Source: Utricularia gibba
Taxonomy: Eukaryota > Plantae > Magnoliophyta
DNA: 64,000 nucleotides
Direction of reading: 5' to 3'
NCBI GenBank assembly: GCA_002189035.1
Contig: NEEC01000010.1
Coordinates: 3,038,001 to 3,102,000 of the forward strand
The position numbers were made by a program, and so were the translations under genes. Of this stretch, positions 24,601 to 37,387 are shown in pieces; the first letter of the stretch is position 1, and every line of letters begins with the position of its first letter. Under the pieces are notes generated by a model, which did no database searches, had not been told where the DNA came from, and saw only the letters and a program-made list of their open reading frames with translations.

Positions 24601-24946
24601 TCAAGCAGTTGGATCATTTTTACAAGTAATCATAGCCTAGAAAGCATGATAAGGTTACCGCAATTTCGTAATAAAAACGAAAGAGCAGGCGAAAAAAAAA
24701 ACGTAAAAACAACACAGCACCAAAACGAGCACGGAACATTTCGAAAAATAATTCCAACCATAAAGCACATTAACAAACACATTATTCAGAATAACAAGAT
24801 CTGCGCATTGAAGAACATACAGTAAGATCGGAGACGTAATCCGTGAGATGAGGAATATCTTGAAGAACATATCCGAACTCTCCATCGACTTCTTTCATGA
24901 AAAAGCTAATCTCCGAGTCCTCGCCGTTCTTGCTCTCCGAGCCCAT
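21621..24946 (-). CDS. PFK: ATP-dependent 6-phosphofructokinase (group A, cytosolic type)
   Basis: Multi-exon and in frame throughout: [106 protein letters not shown]. Confidence 0.97.
21824..21844. repeat. (AGT)7 microsatellite in the last PFK intron
   Basis: Direct reading of the sequence. Confidence 0.85.
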
Positions 24947-25262
24947 TCTTGCTTCGATTCTCTCAGGAAAAAAAAGCTTCCAAACACAGATTGCTCCAAA
25001 ACAATAGTGTTACGGTGATTTCTGCCAACCGGATCGATGATCTTGTACGGTACGCAAAACGGGAAAGCGCAGGAGCCAGATTCAAAGCACGTGATTGATT
25101 CCGTCAGCTAAAACAGGTGGCGCCACTGTATACGCTCGTCTCGGTTTTGATGGCGGTTTGGGAATGCGTTCCAGTTCCACAGTTGTTCTAGTTATAATAA
25201 AATAAAATATTTAATAAGATTAAATTCAACTAAAACTACCCAAATATCCCTAAATTGAATAT

Positions 25263-25326
25263 TGGGCTTTAGAGACGTTGCAAATTGAACCCATCTGTAT
25301 GGGCTGGCATAGCCTCGACGGGCCCA
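25263..25326. promoter_or_regulatory. Site-II (TGGGCY) cluster in the divergent PFK/MED17 promoter
   Basis: TGGGCT at 25263 and 25300 and GGCCCA at 25321, between head-to-head ATGs at 24946 and 25640. Confidence 0.5.
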
Positions 25327-25639
25327 ATAACGGCGCCCGTATCACTGCAGACGGCGGTAACCGGATCGTTGCTTGATGCGCGTACCATTCCCGCCGATCT
25401 GCTCCTGTTGAATTTGGGATGTCGGTGGTGACCCAAACCCCTTAAATCCCTGATTCTGTTGCCATTATTCGCTAGCGACAGACAAGGTAAACCTGCAAGG
25501 CTGCAATCTATGGAGTTGTTTTTCAATCAATTTTGCGACGCATTTGCCCGTCTTATTGTGTTGGATTTGGACATGACTGGATCTTGCTTATAAAATTCGC
25601 ATGTTTTCTGGTGTTTCGGTGAAGGCCTGAGGAAGAAGA

Positions 25640-28291
25640 ATGGATGGAGATATTAAAATTTCGCTTGACAAGCTGCCGATTAAAAGGCTGGAAGCTCTGG
25701 ATGAGAATGGCTTTGAACGCTTCGCTAGGTTAATCTTTTTCTGCAGACGAACATTATCTTTAATTATGTATCTTTGGTGAGTGATCTTGTGTTCTTGCGT
25801 GCATCTGTTGCAGTGATGTCGATTATGATGAGAAAAAAGCCAGTTTGATAAGGAAAATAGACTTCGCGTGGGCGGTGGAGAGGGAAGACCCCGGTAAGAA
25901 GCAAAAGACAGATGGCGGGAGCTCAAAGGAGGTAACAAGCAGCCAGCATCAGTGGCCGTGGCAAAGCTTAGTGGAGAACCTACGTTTGGCTCACCAAGAG
26001 CTCATGGTCATTATAGACCTCATTAACACGGTAACTCAATTTTGATAGTCTTTAGACGTGTGCTTGTAAACTTTGATGCATCTCGGGCAGAGCCCTATAT
26101 TTCCGATGTCTTCCCTGCAGGTTGAGGCAAATGATGCCGTGTCTGTTGTTGGCATGACTCGGCCAAAGCAGCTGCTGAATGAGCACCTGTCCGATCTTGC
26201 TGTGTCTACTGCGACCAAGTTGCATTGTTTCAAGGCATGTTATTCCATATATTTTTAATTTTATTGTTTTGAGTTATTTCTTTTGGAAAGGATTTTTTTT
26301 CTGGTAAAAGTCATTTGATCTTCATGCATTTTGACGGTTACATATAGTCCTGTTTCATATTCTATTATCTGCAGAGTCTCGGAAAATATTTCAAGCAATC
26401 TGCTAAAGCATTGGAGGAGCAAACTGCACGAGGGGCTAGATTTTATGGTGCCCTTATGAGGTGAAAGTTTCTAGTACCTGAGGAATTCGTTTGTCTTTTT
26501 CTAACATAATTTGAGTGTCGTGATGTGCTGCTATCTTTTGACATACTTTTCTGTTTTCGAGGATAACAGATTGCAGCAAAATTGGAAAATTAAGAGACAT
26601 CGTTTGGTGGCTGCTGCCTCTGGGAATGAAGGCTTCTATATTGATTTATTTGACAATCCTTCACATGATTCAGCTTCTATCTTTCGGCCATCTTCCTTAT
26701 GTAGTGTTCCCATTGAGCATGATGCATCTGGAATGCTCACTATTAGTTTGTCTCGAAGTTCATGCCACTCTCTTCAGTTTGAGTTCTTTGGTTTTGGTTC
26801 TCCTGGTAGTGTAGGAAACCGTGGTAAAAAAAAGATGGTTGTTTTGAGTGAGGGCTCTTCCAAAGAATTTGGGGAGAAGCCCACGAATGATGATGAAAGT
26901 ATCCGGGGAATGCACCTGACGCTACGTCATGTTCATCGTGCAATACATGATGAACAGGTAGATTTTCTTACATCTGATTGCTTGCTTTCTTTTTCATTTT
27001 ATGAACTGCTACATCTAGAATGAATTCGATTGTTGCTAGTTGTATAACACTTTGCTGTTTTTGATGCTCTAGATCTTTGAGTTGGTGAGTCGTGATGCGA
27101 GCAATTCGTCTATGGGATTATATCTTACCGGAATTAGAGAAAAATACTTAAGCCTGAGGGTCGGTGAAGGAGCATCTGTATCTATTTCACTTGTGTCACC
27201 TGCTCAAAATGCCGACACAGTATGTTCACCCGTAGAGAATACTACAGACAATTTCAGTGGGGCAGCTTTCCTGGATGCCAAGGACTCTCCTGAGCATTTA
27301 CTTATTCCGATTCAACACAGTTTTGAAATTTACTTGCGACAGTTATTTCATGAGCAGGCCTTCATGAAGGCAAATACAAAGGAAATGTCTTCACAGAGAA
27401 ATACATTGGTTAGTCGGACAGTTAACGATAGCTCAAGCATCCTCAGTCATTTTTGCAAGGCTGTTGCTCACAGGATCTTCTCAAAGAAAGTTCTCCTTGT
27501 GCTCGAACATCTGGTAACGACAGAATTCATTTGTATGTATACATGCAATATGCCATTGTTAGAATCCTTAATCGTATTGCAAATTATGTCCTTGTAGGTT
27601 CAAAGAACACCCTATGTGAAGCTGCTATCTAATCCCACTTGGCAGTCTCGGACATCAACGTGGACCATTGTGATGAAGCTTCCACAATCAATCCTAAATG
27701 CAGGTAGTCAAATGCAGACATCATCTGTCGCCACCAAAAATGTAAGATCCCAGTTCTGGACAAAAATAGTGGTGATTGATGAATCGATCACCATCGAAGG
27801 AGAAGGCTCTCCCAGTGTCATCAGCCTGTTCAAGGGCAAGTCTGATAGTGTTTGCACCATGGATAGATATGACTGCGACTTGGTAAACCTTCCCACGATC
27901 ATGCTGCTGCAGGTGCGTAGTCTGTTTCCTCCTCTTCCATAGCTTCGAGCTTCTCACTTAACAATGGCTGATGCAGGTTGCCAGTCAAATTATCCAGTGG
28001 CTGCAGGAGGAAGCGCTGATCGTCGGCCTCAAAGCGAGCAGAGACTTCCTGTCCCTCGCACTGGAGCTGGAACAGGGTGAAACTGTTCGGCTTGTGGCCC
28101 ATGTAGACCCGGACGGCATAAAGTCATGCATCTCCTGGTGGCTAACCATCGACAACGGAAACGTCGCCGTCCAGCAGGCTTCCGACATCGACAACGTGGA
28201 ATCCGACAGCCGGAGATTCCTGGGATACTTGCCTCTAGACGTGCTGTACTCTACGTTGTTGGATTTTTTGAACCTAAGCAGCCATAGCTGA
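25640..28291 (+). CDS. MED17: Mediator of RNA polymerase II subunit 17
   Basis: MDGDIKISLDKLPIKRLEALDENG, IRKIDFAW, LVENLRLAHQELMVIIDLINTVEANDAVSVVGMTRPK, LGKYFKQSAKALEEQTARGARFYGALMRLQQNWKIKRHR, SRRFLGYLPLDVLYSTLLDFLNL. Includes a GC-AG intron at 26235-26374. Confidence 0.95.
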
Positions 28292-28898
28292 AGAAGAAAG
28301 GACGTTGATGAGTATTAGCAATTTTTTAAAAAGATATTATTTTGTTGATGGACAGTACCAGACACGTTCCATGTGGGAGGAGAAGCGGAAATTAGAATCG
28401 TGGGATTTTTCTGTGATGCCCAAATTTCGAGAAATGAAATAGCGACAGCGACTCAGCGGGAAAGAGCCAGTGCCCAATCGCGAGGAGCCCTAGGCAGCCC
28501 GGTGATTGACACGCCATTCGCCAACAGCGTTGCTGGTTTCTGCCTGCCTCCCTTCGCCGCGTTGAAGCGGCCGCCTCTCTGGGCGCCATCGCCGTCATCT
28601 TTTCTCAGTCTGCAAGCGAGAATCTGGTAATCGCTGTGAGTTCTTGTCTTCTTTACGCGAGTGAAATGGCCGTCGTCTGAGAATCCTTCGTAGCTAGCTC
28701 CACCCGCGAGGTATATGTTTTATCGTTGTGGAATATTATGCTAATGCAGTCTCTCTTTAATGCTCTGTTTTGTTCTTCTCTCGCGTATGCCCTGTTTCTC
28801 CCGTTTCTTCTGGTTTCGAAGTGGGTGTCGTACTTTGTACAGCAGCTGTAAACTGTGTTGTTTATAGTATAGGCTGAATATTTCGTGAAGTTTGAGTT

Positions 28899-30030
28899 AT
28901 GGAGGCAAGAACAAGAGGGGCAACTAGAAGTTCACGGAATCATCCAGGGGAAGTCCCAAATTGGATCTTTATTGCAGGCAGTGCCCTGCTGAGTGCTTTG
29001 TCAATTCGCCTGGGTTATAAGCTCAAGCAGGTTTCTGATGCTAAACAAACGGGGAATGGTAATGCGAATTCAAAAGGTGTGCAAATCGATTCATGTGATT
29101 TGTTTTGGGACTACTGTTGGTAGCATTTGAAAGCTGCACACTTTGCAGTTAATGGGAAAGCTCCTGATGAGAAGACGCCAGGGAAATGCAATGTGCACTC
29201 AAATGCCTTCCCCTTCAGACGAAATGAAGATGGTTGCTTCAACTGTTGCCATGGTATGGCTTCTTCAATGCATAACTTGTGTCTTTCTTCTTGTTGCTAT
29301 TGCCTTATACCTGTCATCCACATTAACAAGGATGCAGAAATGTAACAGAAGTAGCAGAAATGGCTCTTCCCCTTGTGACTGTTCCAACTTGTGAGTTCAA
29401 CAGAGAGACTGGTGTCATGTTTTCCGCTTCTCCAGACATCCTGGAGCTGCCCCAGAAACCCTTCAACCAGTCAAACTGCTCAGATTCTGTCTCGGAATCA
29501 GGTTCTGATATTTTCACCAAGCGGGAGGTCATACAAAAGCTGAGACAGCAGTTGAAGCGACGAGATGATATGATACTAGAGATGCAGGATCAAATTGCGC
29601 AACTTCAAAACATTCTCAGCACAGAGCTTGCAAACTGTTCCCATCTTCAGTCTCTGGTGGACGCTGCCAATAGAGACTTAGTGAACTCTGAAAGTGAAGT
29701 TCAGAAGCTACGAAAGGTAATTGCGGATCACTGCCTTGGTCATACAAACCCCGGTGGCAGCCCCCCATGGTTCCTCCCTGGGCTGTGGAGGAGATCAATG
29801 GTCATCATGCCAATGGTTACACCGATTCAGAGAACGATTTTGGCTCATCGGAGAGAGTTAGAGAAGGGGAAAAGATTGAGATGCTGAAGAGGGAAGTTCG
29901 AGAACTGAAGGATTTGATTGAAGGAAAAGACTACTTGCTACAAAGCTACAAGGAGCAGAAGTCGGAGCTCTCAATGAAGATCAAAGAGTTGCAGCACAGA
30001 TTGGATTCTCAACTTCCCAACATTTTGTAG
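28899..30030 (+). CDS. Uncharacterised plant protein with N-terminal hydrophobic anchor and C-terminal coiled coils; -1 frameshift at 29761-29766
   Basis: Three exons. PNWIFIAGSALLSALSIRLGYKLKQ; Cys cluster GCFNCCHG; SESGSDIFTKREVIQKLRQQLKRRDDMILEMQDQI. The C-terminus EMLKREVRELKDLIEGKDYLLQSYKEQ..QLPNIL* is in the next frame after the C6 run. Confidence 0.85.
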
Positions 30031-30410
30031 GTACAATCTGCTCCTTGTGCATTCTTGCTCGGCGTTGCTTCTACTCTTGGTTGGTGGGTTTGTCGGTTTG
30101 ATGGCCAAATTTCACACATCAAAATGAGTTTTATCTCTTTATTTACCTGCAAAAAGGCCCAAACAAAACACGTTTTCGTAAGCATGGAACCTGGATGAAG
30201 AGGTGCAACTGCCGACCTCGGACACGTCGCCGGAGACGGCGGCCTACCGGTCTATCCATCAATAACGTGTAAATATAGCAAGGCGAACGCGAAATCTGAT
30301 TCCGTTGTTGCAGCGTGGTCCTTGACTCGACATTTTGAGCCCCTTTTAAGCTGCACCTCATCGTCATCGCTGAATCGAAGTTCCGCTTACGGGTATTCTC
30401 TTCACTCGGA

Positions 30411-31169
30411 ATGAAGCAACTTTTCGAAAATCGGCAGAAATCTTTCCTGATAGCTTCCCCTGTTGAGAATGGGAAGATTGCGCGATCGAAGCAGTGTACC
30501 GAAGGTCGATTCCCTCCCCTCTTCGCGTGTGTTTTGGGCAGTTATCGTTGGTTAGATTACCATCTGATTGCAGTTGGTTGATTTTTCCCCCCAGAAAGTG
30601 TGCGCGCCGGTGCTCAAGCAGCTGCTATCGCGTTCGTAGCCAGCGGCATACCCACTGTAAGTGAATCGAAACCTGGTGCTGATCATCAATGCCCGGTTGA
30701 GTTCTCCCTGATCCTGTTTGATTCAATTGATAGAATTTGATCTGCATGGCATAGCCATATACGGAATCGAATCAATCCCTCATTCTATCTTGATCTCCAT
30801 CTTTCCTGGAGTACTTTTTTTTTTTTTGCGTTATCTTCCCTAAGAAAAGTATCTCTTCTTGATAACCTGGATTGAACGATGAGTGAAAAGAGATTGAATC
30901 ATGAGGCAATGAGTAAAGCTCACTAAATTCTCAGGTGGTAGTAACAAGAAAAGTCCCCTGGGCGAAGGCAAATCTCAACTATACAGCACAGGCTCTCATT
31001 GTATCAGCTGGTATGTGCATTCTGATCGGCATTGTGTCATGGAAATCACATTTGTTTTCTCATTTTTCTTGCAATCCAATGTGCAGCATCGATAGCAGCC
31101 TACTTCATTACTGCGGACAAAACCATAATGGCTTGTGCAAAGAAGAATGCGCAGTACAGGTCAGGCTGA
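30411..31169 (+). CDS. Early nodulin-93-like small membrane protein
   Basis: Four exons: MKQLFENRQKSFLIASPVENGKIARSKQCTE / GVRAGAQAAAIAFVASGIPT / VVVTRKVPWAKANLNYTAQALIVSA / ASIAAYFITADKTIMACAKKNAQYRSG*. Confidence 0.9.
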
Positions 31170-31486
31170 CAAGCACTTGTTTTGGCGATGGAACCTTCTC
31201 ATTGATCATCTGTTCCCATGGGGACAGGGGATTCTAGTTTTGTGTAAGCCTTTTCTTCTTACCTGAAAAGAACTTACCAGAGCTTCCTTTATCGTATTCC
31301 CATTTGCATATTTGAGCTTGTCTCGTATCTGCGCTCGAAAACAATAACTCAGACGAGTATTCAAGGGCTGTACCATGAAAACATTAGAAGAATAGCATAT
31401 GAATCCTCCATCGCCCCATGGTGTGGGTACCTGAGCCTGCTTCAATGGAAGATGGGAAATGCCAAGATGAAATGAAGATTCTTGAT

Positions 31487-31866
31487 CTAAATTATCCTAC
31501 AACATTGCAGTGTGATCAACATCGAACCCATCTGATATACCTTGGCGTTGCCACCCACGTACTGATCTTTGGGAGGCGCCATGCGCTGCCTTGGTGGTCG
31601 AAATACTTGCACCTGAGGGGGTGGAGGGAATCCAGCCGGCGGAACACCAGGTATAAACTGCGGTAGAGGCGGCATCTGGTGGCTGAAATGGTCTTAAAGA
31701 CTTGAACTCCGATAACCAGTGCCATCTCCAGCGGCGGTCTCCTCGCTCCTCCTGAAGACCTTCAGAACCACTTTGCGAAGCTCCTGACAGTTGCCTAGAA
31801 CGAGGTTTATATGACGATCGAACGCTGACGGCCATCTTGAATCATCACCCTAATTCGACTCAACAT
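31487..31866 (-). pseudogene. Decayed snRNP core protein SmB copy
   Basis: Successive frames give MLSRIRVMIQDGRQ, AFDRHINLVLGNCQELRKV, EERGDRR and a Pro-rich QMPPLPQFIPGVPPAGFPPPPQ..RPPRQRMAPP tail. These match SmB [40 protein letters not shown] plus its Pro-rich C-terminus, with frameshifting deletions (one near 31824). Confidence 0.8.
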
Positions 31867-32149
31867 CGTTGCAGAATCCAAAGAATGGGAAATCCGCAGT
31901 CTAGGGCTTTACAAAACCAGAGGAAATGGGGAATTCAGAAGAACAGGATTAGGGTTTTGTGAAATAATAAATACTATAAAACGCCGATGCAAATTTTACT
32001 GCCAGTTAATAAAGTTTTCTGTTCAGTTAGCTACTGTTTTTGTGTAAACTGGAAACCGCTCTTCTCCGAGTATTTACAGAGTAAAATCCCGGCGGAAGGC
32101 AAGTATCGGAGAAGTGGACTCGGCGACGTGAAGCTGCTTACGTCTTTCA

Positions 32150-35100
32150 ATGGAAACGGAGAATCCAAGGGTTTTTCCTCTGTCGAAGGCTTGGGCCGGC
32201 CATTCACCTGGGCGCGTATCTATAGCTTGGGGGCGCGGGAACACTCTGAGAGTGTCATTTTTGGAATCGGAGGAGTCTTCTTCGAATCAGATTTCGGGCG
32301 GGAAAGTAGTGGAAGTGAAGTTCAACAACGTGGACGGAGGAGTTTCTGATGACCATTGGTGCAGAATTGCACTAGGCTCTGTTGATCCATTTGCTCTTCT
32401 TCAGAGTCGGAAGGCATTCAAAAATACTCAGTATGAGAGCGATTGGTAATGTTTGTTACCATGTTCTATGCTGCGTTAGTTCATCAATCTATTTCTTGCA
32501 GTCGCTAGGTGTGGCGTTGCGTTCTATGGAGCTTTTATTCTATAGATGACATTCATATTCCTTCTGGGTTCTGGAACAAAAAGTCGTCTTCTTTGGTCAT
32601 ATGGCTTCCAATAAGACTAGAAAGTGGTTGTGTAACAAGATATTCTGTGACGAGCTCTGCTCTATTTAGATGAAAAGTCGTGTGCATTCACTTCACAATG
32701 CAAAGATGAGCGTAATAATGAGAGCAGGTGACAAAATGACAGTTTTTTCCATGCTCAGCAGGTGGGAACATGTGATGGAGTACAGCCGGGAAATAAGATC
32801 TCTTCTTGATAATTCGAATGTGGTTGTTACTCCAGCCATTGAAGACCCAAAGCTGATTTTAAAAGTAGATTGTTTTTTTTTTTGTTTTTTATTTTTAAAT
32901 CTTCTCTGGTTAATTGGTTGCAGCCCTAATCCTATGATTACGCTAAAACAGAAAGTTGATGACCCAACCCCTTTGAAAGCTGGTTTGGAGCTTTTGGAAA
33001 CTTTTTATGCTGACAAGCAGTCGGAAACATGGATCCCAGAGTGCCTTGCCGATTGGTTATCTGTATGGACTTATATACCTCACATGCCAACTTTCCTCTG
33101 CTCATGCTCTTTTGTCTATCCACTGTCGTATGTTCTTCTTCCTAACAGGATTTTGATTGTCTCTTCTCTGGAAGTATGCCAACTGTCCATAAAAAGCTCA
33201 TGGATTTTCAGACAGCGCTTGTTTCCATGAAGGTTTTCAGTTTGATATTACATATCTTATTAAAGTTACCTTTCGTAGTCAAATTTGGAAAAATGCATCA
33301 AGGTTTCCAACTATTTCAATGTATCTGTTGATAATCATGTTGTTTGGGTTTCAACATTGTACATGAAATAGATCGTATCAGTTGTTTTTGAGTAAATATT
33401 CACCTCCAAAATTAGGTGTAATGTTGAACTTCCTTATTCAGTTTCTAATTTGCAGTTGAGAACATTAAGCTTTTAACATTTTTCACAGGCTGTTGAGAAT
33501 GACCCTATGTACTGGGAGGTTATGTCATCAGCATTAGCAGTTGGGTGGCTTGACATTGTCGTAAGTCTGAATTTAACTGTTGGTTGACTGGAATTTTCAA
33601 GTATCTTAAGGCCATTCTTATGCTCTCTATGTTGATTGCAGGTAAAACTGTTGCGTGTACATGGATCTTATCTTTATGATCAACTAGGTAGTCGTGAGGT
33701 AGTTCACTTAGTTTTGGTTTGAAATTCTTATTTTCAAATAGGTGTACGAAGCAAGTTTTATGCAGTTGATGTATTTCATTGCTTTGGTGTCAAAACATTT
33801 TTTAGAATCTCTAGTTTTTCGCACTTTTTCTGATTAATGCTCCTTCCCTTAGCACTGGTTTTTTTCTCCATGCATTTAAACAGAAGGAAAATGGACTGGT
33901 CGAAGTGGTGGCTCTTCTTATATCACAGATGCCACGGTTGCGTCCTGAACTACCCGCAGGAAGATTAGGAGAATGCTACAAAACGAAACCCGAGTTTATG
34001 AGGGTATAGACATCTTGTAACATTTCAAATTCACTGCTGTAGATTTTTATATGTGATGCATTTAGGCATGGGAGAAGTGGCGAGCACAGATTACTAAACT
34101 GGACTGCAGTGCGTTCTGGCTTCAATGTGACCACCTGAAAACCAGAATGGGACTTAAAAATATGCTCCAAATCTTGTTAGGGAATACAGGCATTCTTTCC
34201 AACTCGACATGTCACTGGATAGAGCTTTTTGTCTCCCACCTTTTGTACATAAGGCCTTTCACCATGGTTCGTGTTATTTTCCAATTCAACTTATTTGCAT
34301 TTTCTGATCACACAGACACCAAAAATGATAGTCAGCTTAAATATGTTTCATTTTGAATCGTGTGCATTATAAGGGTCCCTTCTCTACTACAGGGTTTAGA
34401 CAGCATGTATAGTTTAGCTCGAAAGTGTGTACAGCTGAAACCAGTATCGGGGCCCCATAATTTGATGGACCTGCTTACTGGAATCCTTGAAGATAACACA
34501 ATGGTTGTCCTTGCTGGATGTGTGCGATCATTGGGCCCTTGGTGAGAAACCTCTCTTTCATGTCTTAAAACTTGGAAGTTTTCTTATTGAAAGTATTCTG
34601 ATATTTATAGCATTAGTGGCCTGGTAGTAACAATGCAATTCATAGCTTGCATTTTGTAATCTAATCAGTTCGATGACGTTTCCTAGAGCTTGATTCGAAA
34701 TAATAAGTGTTTTTTTTTCTCCCGTAAAAGGATGACTGTCCACGGTGTAGAACTGCTGACAGCCGGCAATTATGAAGCAGATGCCATTTTGCACGAGGAA
34801 AGAGCAGCCATTGGGGGAATCTGTCTTGAGGAGCTTCACCGTCTCATTTACGCCCAAGTTCTTGCATCTCATCCCCGGACATGGACTGTAAGTTGCAAGG
34901 GGAAATGCTCTTGGATTTTTTTCTTTTTTTAAAAAAATTCGTGTGTTTTTTCTTCAGGTTGCTCCTACATATTTGGCTGTATGCAAGAAGCAAGGACTTG
35001 GCTTGTTGGAGAATCTGTTGTACCAACTGCCTGTCCATGATCAGAAAATTTTGAAAAAGGCAACCATCTTGTGTTTTCATTTCTATTGTTTTAGCATAAC

Positions 35101-36223
35101 TTCATGTCTGCTTCCATCAGTTTGCGTTCACATGTTATAGTTCGAGCTTCGATGCTTATGACTATGGTGTTTGTCTAATCCTTCTACTTTCTCGTTAGCA
35201 GAGCATAGAAATCTGTGGTGCATATGCACTTGATCATGTTGGTCACAACTTGATGAAGGTACTGCAAAAATGCAGGATCTTCTTCATTTCGTATGCTTTC
35301 CAAAAAATTGCTAACCAACTCTACAGGCTTGCTAACTTTGTTTCTTTTCAATCCCCCGCAGATTGCAGGTGTTCACTATTGGAAACATGGCCAGAAAGGC
35401 TTAGCACTGCACTGGCTTCAGCAAGCTCAAGATAAACCTCGCTTAAACTGGATTGCCAAGCAGTTGTTTGACTCCGTTGGAAAGTCGCTTTCCGATGAAA
35501 GTTTCAAGGTAACAATCTCTTAATGTATAAAAAAACAACCTCCATCCATATACTCATTGAATGTATCCTTTTCCAATTTTGCAGCAATGGGAGGGGATGA
35601 TTGACTTGCTAGGAAGTGAATCAGAAACTGCAGGAGGTCTCCAGTTTCTAAAAAAGTAAGATCACATTAAGAAAAAAAAAACCCATATCCAAATTCCTCG
35701 TCCTGAATCTGTTCTAGTTTTCCTGATCACTACATCCCCAGGTATCGAGAATTTCGACGGTCCCTTCAGGAAGCCCAGTACGGAGCTACCATCGATGTGG
35801 CTAAAAGAGCTGCGGACGCCCTGATATCTGTACATATTCCTTCCATGATCACCTAACAATTGCAGTAGCTCCTTGCTTGATTTCCTCTCCTTGTGCAGCT
35901 GATGAAGAACCCTTCAACCCCTTCTCGATGCTGGCTGCCCCTGTTGTACGACTCGGTAAGCTGCTGCTTGTATCTCCCTCAAGTGTGATTCTGGGTGTGA
36001 TTGGATCTCGTGTTTTTCTCTGGAGCAGTTGAAGATACTGAACTGGGGGGAGCGGCCCCTGTTGAACGTCTCTGATACGAACCTTTTGCTGAACAAATTG
36101 CAAGAGCTCTCCTCGGCCAGACTGCTGCCGGGCTTCAGCCCACCGGAGCTCCCTCCGGAGGCCTTGAAGTCCATCCGACTAGCTCTTGCGACTAACTTAG
36201 GGCGCGCCTTTCTGGAGGAGTGA
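32150..36223 (+). CDS. NUP85: Nuclear pore complex protein NUP85
   Basis: ISIAWGRGNTLRV-like start, IALGSVDPFALLQSR, WEHVMEYSREI, YWEVMSSALAVGWLDIV, ENGLVEVVALLISQMPRLRP, WIELFVSHLLYIRPFT, HRLIYAQVL, HYWKHGQKG, RLALATNLGRAFLEE*. Includes a GC-AG intron at 35060-35201. The exact start ATG is uncertain. Confidence 0.96.
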
Positions 36224-36882
36224 GCAGCAGATGCAAACCTAATGTATGATGTGGATTGCTCTTTTTTACAAAAAATTAATTGGAATTAGTATAAATAAAC
36301 TAATTTTAAATTTTTAAAATCATAAAAAATTATTTCAAAATTATCAAAATGGTACCAATTTAAATAATTTTAAAAAAATAAACTAATTTGTAGCATCACA
36401 AATTGCATTGGTTTTAAATTCAATAAAATTTTATATTAGAATTTTTTATATTTGTGTCTAAAATTTGTTGAATTTAATAATATCATTCCCGTGTATTATG
36501 ATTATACCATTTTTATATTTCGTATAATTTAAAATGATAATAATTATATCACAATTATATCTTATATAATTTAAATTGATGATGATTATATCACGTTTTA
36601 TATGATGTATTATTGTAATGATATTAGAGCCATAATCGATTAATTTTAATTACATGATGAGTTGAATATACAATTTAATAAGTTTTAGATAAACTATTTA
36701 CAAAATAACAAGTTAATGAGTTATGAAATAATTTTGAAATTTGAGAATTAACTTTTTAAGTTGATTATAAGTTGGGTGCCGCCTCCAAACTCTATCCAAA
36801 TTCGAATAGATCTACTCCTCCATTGCAGGAAGACAACTACTTTTCAGCATTCCGACGTGGGAAGTCAAATGTGAACCAAGAC

Positions 36883-36939
36883 GTGGGACTGACTATTCAG
36901 ACAAGATGATAAGCCAGCCAATGGACAATTCCCACGTGC
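36883..36939 (+). promoter_or_regulatory. Pin-II copy 1 promoter module (TGAC-containing 12-mer + G-box)
   Basis: GTGGGACTGACT at 36883-36894 and CCCACGTGC at 36931-36939; TATA (CTATAAAG) near 37001. Near-identical motifs precede copy 2. Confidence 0.5.
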
Positions 36940-37055
36940 CCAAAAAAATGACGGCGGGCTTCCGCTTTCCTAATACAGACAGTACACGGCAAAATTTTGT
37001 CTATAAAGAGGCATGGCCGACTCGGACAAAACCCACCCACACTCAGCATACCGAA

Positions 37056-37387
37056 ATGGCAGCTACCTCCTCCACACGCCTGGGACTTTGTGCTCTTCTC
37101 CTCCTCGGTACGCCCCGCTACTTGCCCTAAGTTCTCTGTGTTTTTTTCACTTTCAAACTAATGGGTCCTTCTGTGTGTCACCAACAGCCACCATATTCGC
37201 CCAGGAGTTCAACGTAGCGTCGGGGAGAATCTGCCTTCTTATGTGCACCAACAACCGTGCGTACATGACGTGCCCCTCCACCGGCGACGAGCGGCGCCCC
37301 CCGAGTTGCAACTGCTGCCTGGCTCCGGAGCGCGGCTGCAGGCTCTACGACGCCGCCGGGCGCCAGCTCTGCAACGACTTCCCTTGA
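37056..37387 (+). CDS. Potato type II (I20) serine protease inhibitor, single domain, copy 1
   Basis: Exon 37056-37107 (signal peptide), phase-1 intron, exon 37188-37387. Eight-Cys domain ICLLMCTNNRAYMTCPSTGDERRPPSCNCCLAPERGCRLYDAAGRQLCNDFP. Confidence 0.9.
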
